DNA from: Chiloscyllium plagiosum
Lineage: Eukaryota
Reading direction: 5' to 3'
Length of the DNA: 64,000 nt
Assembly: GCF_004010195.1 (NCBI RefSeq)
Contig: NC_057720.1
Location: 30,744,831 to 30,808,830 of the forward strand
Shown here: piece after piece, positions 1 through 11,189 of the stretch
Layout of the letters: each line of letters starts with the position of its first letter
How positions within the stretch are numbered: position 1 is the stretch's first letter
Notes under the pieces: model-generated
Told to the model about the DNA's origin: nothing
What the model saw: only the letters and a program-made list of their open reading frames with translations
Database searches by the model: none
Translations under genes and position numbers: made by a program

Positions 1-320
1 TCTTTTACCTCCACCTCTGACCCTACTAAAACATTTAAATCCTGGGACCTGCAACAGCCAATCCTGTCCCTGTTCTATCCATGTCTCCGTAATAGCCACA
101 ACATCGAAGTCTCAGGTACCAACCCACGCTGCAAGTTCACCTCCCTTATTTCGTATACTTCTTGCATTGAAGTATACACACTTCAAGCCACTTTCCTGTT
201 TACAGGCACCCTCCTTTGAAATTGATGCCATGTTCCTAACCTCCCTACACTCCAGGTCCTGCACCCTAAAGCTACAGTCTGGGTTCCCATGCCCCTGCAG
301 AGTTAGTTTAAACCCCCCCT
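1..320 (-). mobile_element. CR1/HER1-type LINE fragment: ORF1 end and ORF2 endonuclease start, with an in-frame stop
   Basis: Minus strand translates FNARSIRNKGGELAAWVGT*DFDVVAITETWIEQGQDWLLQVPGFKCF (APE N-terminus). Confidence 0.85.
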
Positions 321-1635
321 TCTGAGAAGAAATTCAATCCAAATACACAATATATATCAGGCAAAGAGTATCAGGTGGAGTTTAATTTAAATAAATGTGA
401 TCATGTAAATTTATCTTTACTTCATTGTGGAGTCCAAAACTACACATAGTATTTCAGAAATTTCACCAAAACCCTGTACAACTGTAGCAAGACTTCTTTA
501 TTTCAATACCTTTAGAATAGACATAATTTTCTTTCTTCATTGCTTGATGTACCTGTATGGTAACATTCGGTATGCCTTGCACAAACACATTCAAGTCTCT
601 TTGAACATCAACACTTAAAAGTTTACACCTTTAAAAAAATTTTAGCTTTGCTATGCTTCAAACCAAAGTGAATAACTTCACTACATTATATCCACCTGCC
701 ATGTTGGACTCCACTCACTTAACCTGTCCACATTGACCTATTCTAATCACATTGCGCTTTTCGAAGGGCTCCATAACATCAGTGACCACATTAAAATTAA
801 TTATTTGGCCACTATTGCAAATTATATATATTCAAATTTCTTTAACAGTATCCTGCAGATTTACCAGATATTTCAGATACCAGAGTGCTAAGTCGTCCAT
901 CCATGATTGAATAATTAGAATTAAGTCTATGTCACAAACATTACATAAAGACACAAAAGGATTCCTGACATGAAAGGCACCAAATAAATCCAATCTGTTC
1001 CATAATTAATTAACCCACACTGGAACGGTGTTAGTAAAGGAGGACTAAAGAATCTTTTTGCCATTTCATAGAGGAATCCCAAATCATTGTTTATCATTTG
1101 CTGGATGATAAACAATCCAGCATGATTTCAGGGACTGACAGGAAAAATAACTTGGTTGTTCATCTATGAATCTATATCTTTAAGATTCTCTAGATAGTTG
1201 TACAATGGTACAAATGGGGACATCCTGTAATCACCTCATCATTCAAGATGGCAACTTAGATAGTTGTTTCCTAGGTGAGTCTATTATCACCATAAAACCT
1301 GCTACAAAAAGCTTGCAATTCTTTTAAATGTGACTGGAAAAGACAACTCCCGAGGTGGTACAATCTCATCCAACAAATAATTCTATGTGGCACATGGACA
1401 AGTTCTTAAAAGCCACATTGCAGATCAATGGTTTGTTGCAAAACAAGAAGCTGTCTATTGTAAACACTGAAATCCACCAGCAACTGATTACACCAATATC
1501 AGTGAGAGAATTTCATAAACAAAAAGTGATGATTTTTCTCCAAGGATTCGTGGCTTATCCTTTCTGGATTCAAAGTATCAACCAAATATCAATATACACA
1601 TAAGGGACAAAGTTGAGAGGTTGGTATAATTTCTT

Positions 1636-2976
1636 AGTCATAGAGATGTACAGCATGGAAACAGACCCTTCCGTCCAACCCATCCATGCCGACCAGATAT
1701 CCCAACGCAATCTCGTCCCACCTGCCAGCACCTGGCCCATATCCCTCCAAATCCTTCCTATTCATATACCCATCGAAATGCCTCTTAAATGTTGCAATTA
1801 CACCAGCCTCCATCACATCCTCTGGCAGCTCATTCCATACATGTACCATCCTCTGCGTGAAAAAAGTTGCCCCTTAGGTCTCTTTTAAATCTTTCCCTTC
1901 TCACCCTAAACCTATGCCCTCTAGTTCTGGACTCCCCACCCTAAGGAAAAGACTTTGTCTATTTATCCTATCCATGCCCCTCATAATTTTGTAAACCTCT
2001 ATAAGGTCACTCCTCAGCCTCCGATGCTCCAGGGAAAACAGCCCCAGCCTGTTCAGCCTCTCCCCGTAGCTCAGATCCTCCAACCCTGGCAACATCCTTG
2101 TAAATCCTTTCTGAACCCTTTCAAGTTTCACAACATCTTTCCGTTAGGAAGGAGACCAGAATTGCACGCAATATTCACAACATCCTACCGATAAGGAGGG
2201 AGACCAGAATTGTATTCCAAAACTGGCCTAACCAATGTCCTGCACAGCTGCAATATGACCTGCCAATTCCTATACTCGTTGCACTGACCAATAAAGGCAT
2301 ACATGTTAAATATCTTCTTCACTATCCTATTTACCTGCAACTCCACTTGCAAGGAGCTATGAACCTGCAGTCCAAGATCTCTGAGCAATACTCACCAGGT
2401 CCTTCCCTTTCACTGTCCTTGCCCTGATTTGCTTTTCCAAAATGCAACACCTTGCATTTATCTAAATTAAACTCCATCTGCCACTCCTCGATCCATTGGC
2501 CCATCTGATCAAGATCCCATTGTACTCTGAGGTAACCTTCTTAGCTGTCCACTACACCTCCAACTTTGGCGTCATCTGTAAACTTACTAACCATTCCTCC
2601 TATGTTCACATCCAAATCATTTATATAAATGATGAAAAGCAATGAACCCATCACCAATCGTTGTGGCATATCACTGGTCACAGACCTCCAGTGTGAAAAG
2701 CAGCCCTCCGACACCACCCTCTGTATTCTACCTTCAAGCCAGTTCTATATCCAAATAGCTAGTATTCTCTGTATTCCATGTGGTCTAACCTTTTTAACTT
2801 GTCCACTGTGAGGCGCCTTGTCAAATGCATTACTGAAATAGATTTGGATCAGGTCCACTACTTGCCCTCATCAATCCTTTTTTGTTACTTCTTCAAAAAT
2901 ATCAATTAAATTACAGAGACAGGAATTCCCATGCACAAAGTCATATTGACTGTCCCTAATCAGTCCTTTCCTTCCT
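1636..2976 (-). mobile_element. CR1/HER1-type LINE 3' region (composite)
   Basis: ORF pieces LERVQKGFTRMLPGL..RRLRSDLIEVYKIM and RDLGLQVHSSL; CR1 3' tail near 1636. Confidence 0.9.
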
Positions 2977-3454
2977 TAAATAGGAAACCAAAACTGTACA
3001 CCATATTCTCGATGTGATCGCAAAAGTTACTTTTTCTAAAATTTTAGCCATTCATTTTTCAATGGATGAGACCGGTGGGTTAGTTATTCTTGGAACTCTG
3101 TAAAATATTGGAATGATAATTTGGTAATATGTACTAGCAAATGCAGTTTTCTTTCTTCTTGGATAACGTCTAACTTTTTTATCTGTCCCTTCTCTAAAAC
3201 AAGCAGGTTAAGTTTGCATCAGGTAATCATGAAGTAGAAAATCCTGGTCATGACTGTACTGTGGAGTTTTCATATTGTTGCTTTAGCTCATTTTCAGTAA
3301 ACCACTATTCTTGTTTCTTCCAGACTGAACAAAATGCAACTATAGTTAAATTTAGTGGTTAATATTTGAGTGCTGTAATAGTGATATTCTCCTATTATAG
3401 AACTTTCATTGGTACAATTAGAAAAATGAGAATTACAATATATTCATTCTAATT

Positions 3455-4858
3455 TGTACAAAGTATATTCCTGTCAGGGTGAAAGGGAAGGCTGGTACGT
3501 ATAGGGAATGCTGGATGACTAAAGAAATTGAGGGTTTGGTTAAAAAAAAGAAGGAAGCGTATGTCAGGTATAAACAGGATAGATCGAGTGAATCCTTAGA
3601 AGAGTATAAAGGAAGTAGGAGTATACTTAAGAGAGAAATCAGGAGGGCAAAATGGGGACATGAGATAGCTTTGGCAAATAGGGTTAAGGAGAATCCAAAG
3701 GGTTTTTACAAATATATTAAGGACAAAAGGGTAACTAGGGAGAGAATTGGGCCCCTCAAATATCAGCAAGGCGGCCTTTGTGTAGAGCCACAGAAAATGG
3801 GGGAGATACTAAATGAATATTTTGCATCAGTATTTACTGTGGAAAAGGATATAGAAGATATAGACTGTAGGGAAATAGATGGTGACATCTTGCAAAATGT
3901 CCAGATTACAGAGGAGGAAGTGCTGGATGTGTTGAAATGGTTAAAGGTGGATAAATCCCCAGGATCTGATCAGGTGTACCCGAGAACTCTGTGGGAAGCT
4001 AGAGAAGTGATTGCTGGGCCTCTTGCTGAGATATTTGTATCACCGATAGTCACAGGTGAGGTGCTGGAAGACTGGAGGTTGACAAACGTGGTGCCACTGT
4101 TTAAGAAGGGCGGTAAAGACAAGCCAGGGAACTATAGACCAGGCTGAGAAGTGGCAGATGGAGTTTAATTCAGATAAATGCGAGGTGCTGCATTTTGGGA
4201 AAGCAAATCTTAGCAGGACTCATACACTTAAAGATAAGGTCCTAGGGAGTGTTGCTGAACATAGAGACCTTGGAGTGCAGGTTCATAGCTCCTTGAAAGT
4301 GGAGTCGCAGGTAGATAGGATAGTGAAGGCGGCGTTTGGTATGCTTTCTTTTATTGGTCAGGGTATTGAGTACAGGAGTTGGGAGGTCATGTTGCGGCTG
4401 TACAGGACATTGGTTAGGTCAGTTTTGGAATACAATTCTGGTCTCCCTCCTTATCGGTAGGATGTTGAAAGGGATCAAAAAACATTTACAAGGATGTTGC
4501 CAGTGTTGGAACGTTTGAGCTAGAGAGAGGGGCTGAATAGGCAAGGGCTATTTTCCTTTGAGTGCGGAGGCTGAGGGGTGACCTTAAGAAGTTTATAAAA
4601 TTATGAAGGGCATGGACTCCCCCACTCTTTTCCCTGGAGTGAGGGAGTCCAGGACCAGAGGGCATAGGTTTAAGGTGAGACGGAAAAGATTTAAAAGGGA
4701 CCCAAGAGACAACTTTTTCACACACATGGAGGGATGTGTGTATGGAATGAATTGCCACAGGGCATGGTGGAGGCTAGTACAATTATAATATTTAAACAGC
4801 ACCTGGATGGTATATGAATAGGAAGGGTTTAGAGGGATATGGGCCAAATGCTAGCAAA
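3455..4858 (+). mobile_element. CR1/HER1-type LINE ORF2 fragment with the RT core deleted
   Basis: ORF 3479-4147 (NPKGFYKYIK, KSPGSDQVYPR, VVPLFKKG..PGNYRP) joined directly to the C-terminal MEFNSDKCEVLHFG. Confidence 0.9.
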
Positions 4859-5577
4859 GGATCCTAGGTAGTGTCGCTGAACAAAGAGACCTTGGAGTGC
4901 AGGTTCATAGCTCCTCGAAAGTAGAGTCCCAGGTAGATAGAATAGAGAAGGCGGCGTTTGGTATGCTTTCTTTTATTGGTCAGAGTATTGAGTACAGGAG
5001 TTGGGAGGTCATGTTGTGGCTGTACAGGTCATTGGTTAGGCCACTGTTGGAATATTGCACGCAATTCTGGTCTCCTCCCTATCGGAAAGACGTTGTGAAA
5101 CTTGAAAGGGTTCAGAAAAGATTTCCAAGGATGTTGCCAGGATTGGAGGGTTTGAGCTATAGGGAGAGGCTGAACAGGCTGGGGCTGTTTTCCCTAGAAT
5201 GTCGAAGGCTGAGGGGTGACCTTATGGAGGCTTACAAAATTATGAGGGGCATGGATAGGGTAAATAGACAAAGTCTTTTCCCTGGGGTGGGGAGTCCAGA
5301 ACTACAGGGCATAGGTTTGGGATGAGAGGAGAAAGATATAAAAGAGACCCAAGGGGCAATTTTTTCACGCAGAGGGTGGTACGTGAATGGAATGAGCTGC
5401 CAGAGAGGAAGTGGTGGAGGCTGGTACAATTGCAACATTTAAGAAGCATTTGGTTGGGTATATGAATAGGAAGGGTTTGGAGAGATATGGGCCAGGTGCT
5501 GGCAGGTGGGACAAGATTGGGTTGGGATATCTGGTCGGTATGGACAGGTTGGACTGCTGTACGTTTCTACGATTCTA
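4859..5577 (+). mobile_element. 5'-truncated young CR1/HER1-type LINE 3' end
   Basis: ORF 4897-5325 LVRPLLEYCTQFWSPPYRKDVVKLERVQKRF; tail ...tacgattcta. Confidence 0.9.
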
Positions 5578-5579
5578 AG

Positions 5580-6060
5580 CAGTTCACAGAAAGTTCACTG
5601 GATTGATTCCTGGGATGGGGTCATCATCTTACAAGGAAAAGTTGGTATTTGAAGTTTAGAAGATTGGGAGGTGATCTTATTGAACCATAAAAGATCCTGA
5701 GGAGGCTTGACATGGTGAATGCTGAAAATATTTTTTTCCCTTAATGGAGAAGACTGGAACTAAAGAAAATGATTTAAAAATAAGGGGTCTCCCATTCAAG
5801 ACTGAAATTAGAAAGATTTTCTGTCAGATGGTCATGAATCTGTTGAACGCTTTCTCAAAGAACAGTGGAAGAGGGATAAATGAATATTTTTAAAATAGAA
5901 GTTGATAAATTCTTGATGAACAAGAGAGTCAAAGATTGATAGCGGTAAGCAGGTAAGTGAAGCTTAGCCCACAATCAGATCACAATTAGCACATCTTTGC
6001 TAATGGCACAGCAGACTTCACAGGCCAAATGGCCTATTCCTAATTGATATGTTTGCATGC
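5580..6060 (+). mobile_element. Old CR1-like 3' fragment
   Basis: Degenerate gatcttattgaa / gtcatgaatctg / ggccaaatggccta tail motifs. Confidence 0.65.
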
Positions 6061-6503
6061 TTATTTCATCAGCATTGAAACTGGCGACTGAAACTGATTC
6101 CCAGTCAACACGGCAATTCATCTTTGATGCTCTGAAAGTCAAAGTACGAATCAGGCAACTGCAGTTATCTGAAACACAGTAATATCATGCACAAATGAGA
6201 GATCTGTAATCTGGGTGTTTACTAGAATCAATTGCTTTAAATTGATTTTTAAAAATTCTTAAGGAACTGTAACAGCTTCAAAACGTAGCAACACCAAGTG
6301 TAGAAGTGGAACATTACTGCTTTGGCCAACTGCAACACTGACCTGACTGTCAGTAGAGTTAATTGCTTAGTTAGTAGCTTGTCTGCTAAATTTAATATCC
6401 TTTAACCTCTTTTCTCTTACAGAATTAAAGTTCTAGAACTCCTAGATTTCTTCATCTTATTGACAGTCCATTTCATGACTGTAATAGTCCTCTTTTTTTT
6501 TAC

Positions 6504-6611
6504 CTTGTCTTGCTTCTGACAGCTTTGTTTAATGAAGGACCTGGTAATCTCATGAAGCTGGCGTAAAGCTGGAACCACCCATACTGGATGTTGGTTATTT
6601 TGCTGAGAGGA
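6504..6611 (-). CDS. USP24: USP24 16th coding exon found (108 nt)
   Basis: tcccag|SSQQNNQHPVWVVPALRQLHEITRSFIKQSCQKQDK|gtaaaa. Confidence 0.94.
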
Positions 6612-7254
6612 CTGGGAATAAAAAGCACAATTTAAAACAATATAAATGCTGACCAGCTTATAGTGTAATTTGAACATGACTAAATATTTAAAACATTTCC
6701 AGTGAACAATACCAAATGAAATTAGTTATCATCCAGTGATTCCAATAACATGCATCAGTGGAAGATAACAGTTTGACAAACCACAATAAGATAACCGCTA
6801 CAAATCTATTTTCTACACTGAAATGAAGTTTTATCATTAAAACAACATTATACTTTTGAATGATCAAATCAACAGTGGGGATATGTGAAAAACATCACAG
6901 GTTTCAAATGGCTTCTTAAACCAACTTGATCTTGCAACTTATGGAAACATTTGAGCTTTTAATCAACCATTCTCCTTGTTCCAAGATAGAAACTTGTAAC
7001 ATGAAAGAGCTATTTTTATTTGAGTGAGCACTGATCAAGTATTTTATAACATTAAGTTAAGAAGTTGGACATTGCAAAAGTAACACTTTAACATTAGAGT
7101 TACAAATTCAACAACACATCAAGTTTATCAAAGCAGTTGTAACCATCAACTCACTAAGGCTATTAGCTTTGCGAATGAAAACAAAAGACAGTGTAACAAT
7201 TTAGAGAGACAAGGTTTATAAGAATGAGAGATTTTACAGACTAACAAAATATAC

Positions 7255-8345
7255 ATGTTTCCTCATGTGGTGTGGGGCAACCTAGAATGAGAGTCATAGA
7301 ATTAGAATAAGGGTTAACAGATTTAAAACAGAGATAAGGAGAAATTATTTCTCTCAAACAGTCATGAATCTGTGGAATTCACGACCCCAGAGTGCAGTGC
7401 AAATGGGGACACTGAGTAAATTTAAGGAGAAGACAGACAAATTTTAATTAGTAATTGGTAATGGAGAACAGCCAGGGAAACGCAGTTGAGGCCACCCTCA
7501 TGATCATACCATGTGCTCAACCATGATCATAACAAATAATGGAGCAAGCTCAAGGTGGAGGAATGAATTGTCTACTTCTGCTCCAAGCTCCAGCAGTGGG
7601 GGGGCCTCAAGAGGGTGAAGGAATCTCAAGAAAGACTTCATGAATGAAGAACTTCAGTGTCTGGATAATTTAGGACTTTGCAGGAGGTGATTGAGAGGAG
7701 ATAGACATATTTAAAAGTAAGGGATGTGGTCAGAGTAAGAAGGAAGGCACTATCCCCATTGGTGGAAGAATCAAGAATCATGAATCAGTGCGCATACATT
7801 TAAGACAATTGGAGAACCGAGACACAGATACTTCAAGCAATGAATGGTTAAGATCTGGTATGCACTGTCCAAGACTTTTCTATTTGGAGCAGAAAAGGTT
7901 GAGGGGAGACCTGATAGTGGTGTACAAGATTGTACAGCCTGGTGAACAGGATGTGAAGAGAGTAGATATTCTACTCAGTCAAAAGGTCAAGACCAAGTGG
8001 ACACACTTTTAAAGTGAAAAGCACGAGGTTTAGTGGGGATTTAAGCAATTTCTTTCCAGAGTGTGGTGAGGGTATGAAATGCACAGCTTGGGAGGGTAGT
8101 TGAGACAGGTAACCATGCAATCTAGTACTTAGATGAACACAAAGTGGAATATCATTCAAGGCTATAGGCCTAGCGTGGGAAAGTGGAACTGATGTAAGTA
8201 GTCATGTATTTTTGGTGGTACAGACTCGATGGACTGAAGGGCCTCTTCTCTATTGTGTGATTCTACAAGTGTGCAGAAAGGGTCAATTTAAGCTTTCGAA
8301 AGGGAACTGAATCAATATCTGAAAGGGACAAATTTGCAAAACTTA
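7255..8345 (+). mobile_element. Cluster of old CR1-like 3' fragments
   Basis: LEQKRLRGDLIVVYKI in ORF 7788-8012; repeated CR1 3' motifs. Confidence 0.65.
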
Positions 8346-8710
8346 ATTCTGTACTGATTATGCTAAAGACTGAAAAAAGATTCTGACTTGCAATCAGTAG
8401 TTACTCCTATCATATGGACTTGACATTGTGATTGAGAATTTATAATTTTCAAATAACAACGTAAAAATAGTCCAGTCAAACCATGTAACTCAATATAAGA
8501 AAAGCACAGGTGCAGATCATAGTTTGGATATATAAAGGGATGTGGAATTAAATGATTGTACATGTGAAAGTCTGAGGACAACATGGACTACTTTGGCTGA
8601 ACAATTAAATTGTTTCGTAATTTCTATTTAATTCTACTTTCTTTTCCCAGTCCCTTTATACGGAGGTCTTTTAAAAAAAAGTGCATAATTTCTTTCACAA
8701 AGTTATCTAC

Positions 8711-8872
8711 CTTCTTAATATCCTCGATACATTTGATGATATAACTTCGCTTGATTTGCTCCTTTACTGCATAAGCTTCACTAAGTATGGTAAGATGTTC
8801 TTCCAGTGCCTGCTGGACTAAGTTTGTGGGTAGTGCTGGTAAATGAGCAAGCTCCCAAAGCACCTCCAGCAC
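8711..8872 (-). CDS. USP24: USP24 exon 15 (162 nt)
   Basis: caacag|VLEVLWELAHLPALPTNLVQQALEEHLTILSEAYAVKEQIKRSYIIKCIEDIKK|gtagat; preceded by a short 130-nt intron. Confidence 0.95.
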
Positions 8873-9002
8873 CTGTTGTTGGGGAAAAGAGGGTGAAGGT
8901 AGTATTTAAAAAAAGATTTAAAAAAAACAAGTTTAGCATCAATCCCAAAATCACTCATGCTCATTTGTAAAGTCTTGTCACACCTGACAGAACAATTCTT
9001 AC

Positions 9003-9098
9003 CTTGCCTGTGGTGTTCTCAGAACGAGCTTCTCGGCCAATTTTTCCTATAAGACTGAGCAGTTTTTGTCGGATTCGGTCACTCTCAATCTCCCAACT
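9003..9098 (-). CDS. USP24: USP24 exon 14 (96 nt)
   Basis: gattag|SWEIESDRIRQKLLSLIGKIGREARSENTTGK|gtaaga. Confidence 0.94.
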
Positions 9099-10928
9099 CT
9101 AATCAGGAATGGAGAAAGTTGAATCCATCAAACAGAATTCTATTGTCAATATTTTGCACTTTGAGAAATGTTTCATGGTTTATTTATTAAGTAAAGTGAT
9201 TAGCCCATCACTTGGTCTGTACTCTTCAGTAATATACAACATTGTTTGCATCTCAAGTGCATAAGGAGGCCCCAGCGGGCGAACGTTGGTTATGCAGGGG
9301 GCCTGACTTATCCTGAAACTTATTTAACCAGGACTACCCTTGCTACGGTAGTTCAAAGCGAGGTCACTTTTTAAAACACGTGTTACTTACACACAAATAT
9401 TTTGTTTCTCCATTCACAGAAAAATGCAGTTTCTAGTCTAGTGGAACAAAATCTGTAATGCAAATTAGCCTTAAAAGAACAGCAGACTTCTAATTAAAGA
9501 TAAGAGGACTGAAATACATTTTGGAGATGAAGAAATCACTGACCTGAAACATTAACTGCTTCTCTCATTATATACACTGCCAGACTTGCTGTGTATACCC
9601 AGCATTCTGCTTCAATGTCATTTACACTTGGCCTTTATTACATGGCTTAATAAGACTCAATGCCATCTTCAGATACTTCCTTATGTTATCATTATTACAA
9701 GACATTTTAAAGCCTACATGGTGACTGTCTGACCAAACCTCATGTGACTCAGTGTTATACTTTATCATGCCTCTGTGAAGTGTCTTGTGACATTTCATTA
9801 TATTAAAGGTACATAATACATACAAGCGGTTATAATAATGGGGCATTAAAAAGAAACTCTCATTTTTTTTCCCACAATGTCAAGACAATTTTAGCCCAAG
9901 TCATATTGTGTAGAAGGATACCACTTGATGCAACATGATTAAACAGAAGAAGTCTTTACATTTTGCTTATAATCTGACAATCAACAAAACAGAATTAAAA
10001 GACAGAACAAAGATGAAAGGGAATGTTACGACTAAACTTTAAAGTGTCAAATTTTCAAACTAATGAAGTCTATCTTAAGTTTTCTTTCTGAATGCATTAT
10101 TATAATGTTGTAAACACCCATAAACTAACACTTTGTTTTGGCTGCAGAGTGACCATGGTGCATTATAGTACGAAAGAAATAGTGGTTACATCCAATTATT
10201 GTGTAAAATTTTGACCAATGTGAACTGTCAGTTTTTGAGGAGGGGAAGGTGCGTGGGGAGAAGGTGTGTGGAGGGGGGAGACAGCAATTTAGGTGTAGGC
10301 CTCCTTATCTGACTCAGTCCTTAAATATTTAATACCTTAGCACGAGCATAAGCAAAATTCTAGGACGAGTTTGTTTACTCGTAATCTTCATTTTTGGGAA
10401 AGTAAAAACAAGGCCTCTAATTGCAAATCCATGCCATTTCTCAAAACCTCTTGCCTCAATATCTTAAATATCGCAGTTCCAAGGAGAACAGTTCTAGCTA
10501 TTCTAAACTCCTACTATAGTTGAAGTTTCCTATCCCTTCAGTAAAAAAGCTTTAGGGAACAGAAATGTAGAGATTCATAACTATCCTCAAATGTGGTAGC
10601 CAGAATTGTATCTAGCAATTTAAAATCTGGCACGATTTATTTTTAATATTTTTTATCTTCAACTGAAAGCACAAGTAACCAAATGATACTTTAACCACCT
10701 TATAAATTTGCCATATCATCTTTTAGGATTTTTGAATATAGACGCCAAGGTTCTTTATCTCTACACTTCATTCAATTATACCAATTTACAGAATTCGTTT
10801 TTCTTCCCCATACGGCTCCTCCTGATCTGCATTAACTTATATCCTTACACATTGATCTCGATCTGTCATCTTTCTTTTTCAAACATCTTTTAAAAAATAC
10901 TTCACCACAGAAAAAGCTGCTCACTCAC

Positions 10929-11036
10929 CTTCTGTATCAGAATGAAGAGATGGTTCAGTTGATCATAGTTGAATTTGGCAGCAGCAGCAGCAATAATAGT
11001 GTGAATATTTTCAATGACGGTTGAGGATTGCCCTGA
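10929..11036 (-). CDS. USP24: USP24 exon 13 (108 nt)
   Basis: attaag|SGQSSTVIENIHTIIAAAAAKFNYDQLNHLFILIQK|gtgagt. Confidence 0.94.
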
Positions 11037-11189
11037 CTTAATAAATAGCAATGCTATTAGGTTTAGATAACATCTGCAAGTTACATTACATCTGTCTGAA
11101 ACATAATATGTCTGTCCTCCATTGCAATATATTCAACATCATCTCCAAGCTTCATTAACAACTTTCATTCTCTTACAAAGATCAAAGTG

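Noticed and set aside
1..6503. Next USP24 exon (expected SIIQDLKKNFEIVKL...)
   Set aside because: No matching minus-strand sequence found; it presumably lies beyond the window edge
6940..6980. Minus-strand QGEW.. peptide as the missing micro-exon
   Set aside because: Only three residues match, there are no convincing splice sites, and the frame runs to a stop
9258..9304. HDV/CPEB3-like ribozyme
   Set aside because: P1-P2-P3 order is similar, but there is no P1.1, P4 or catalytic-C J4/2 strand on either strand
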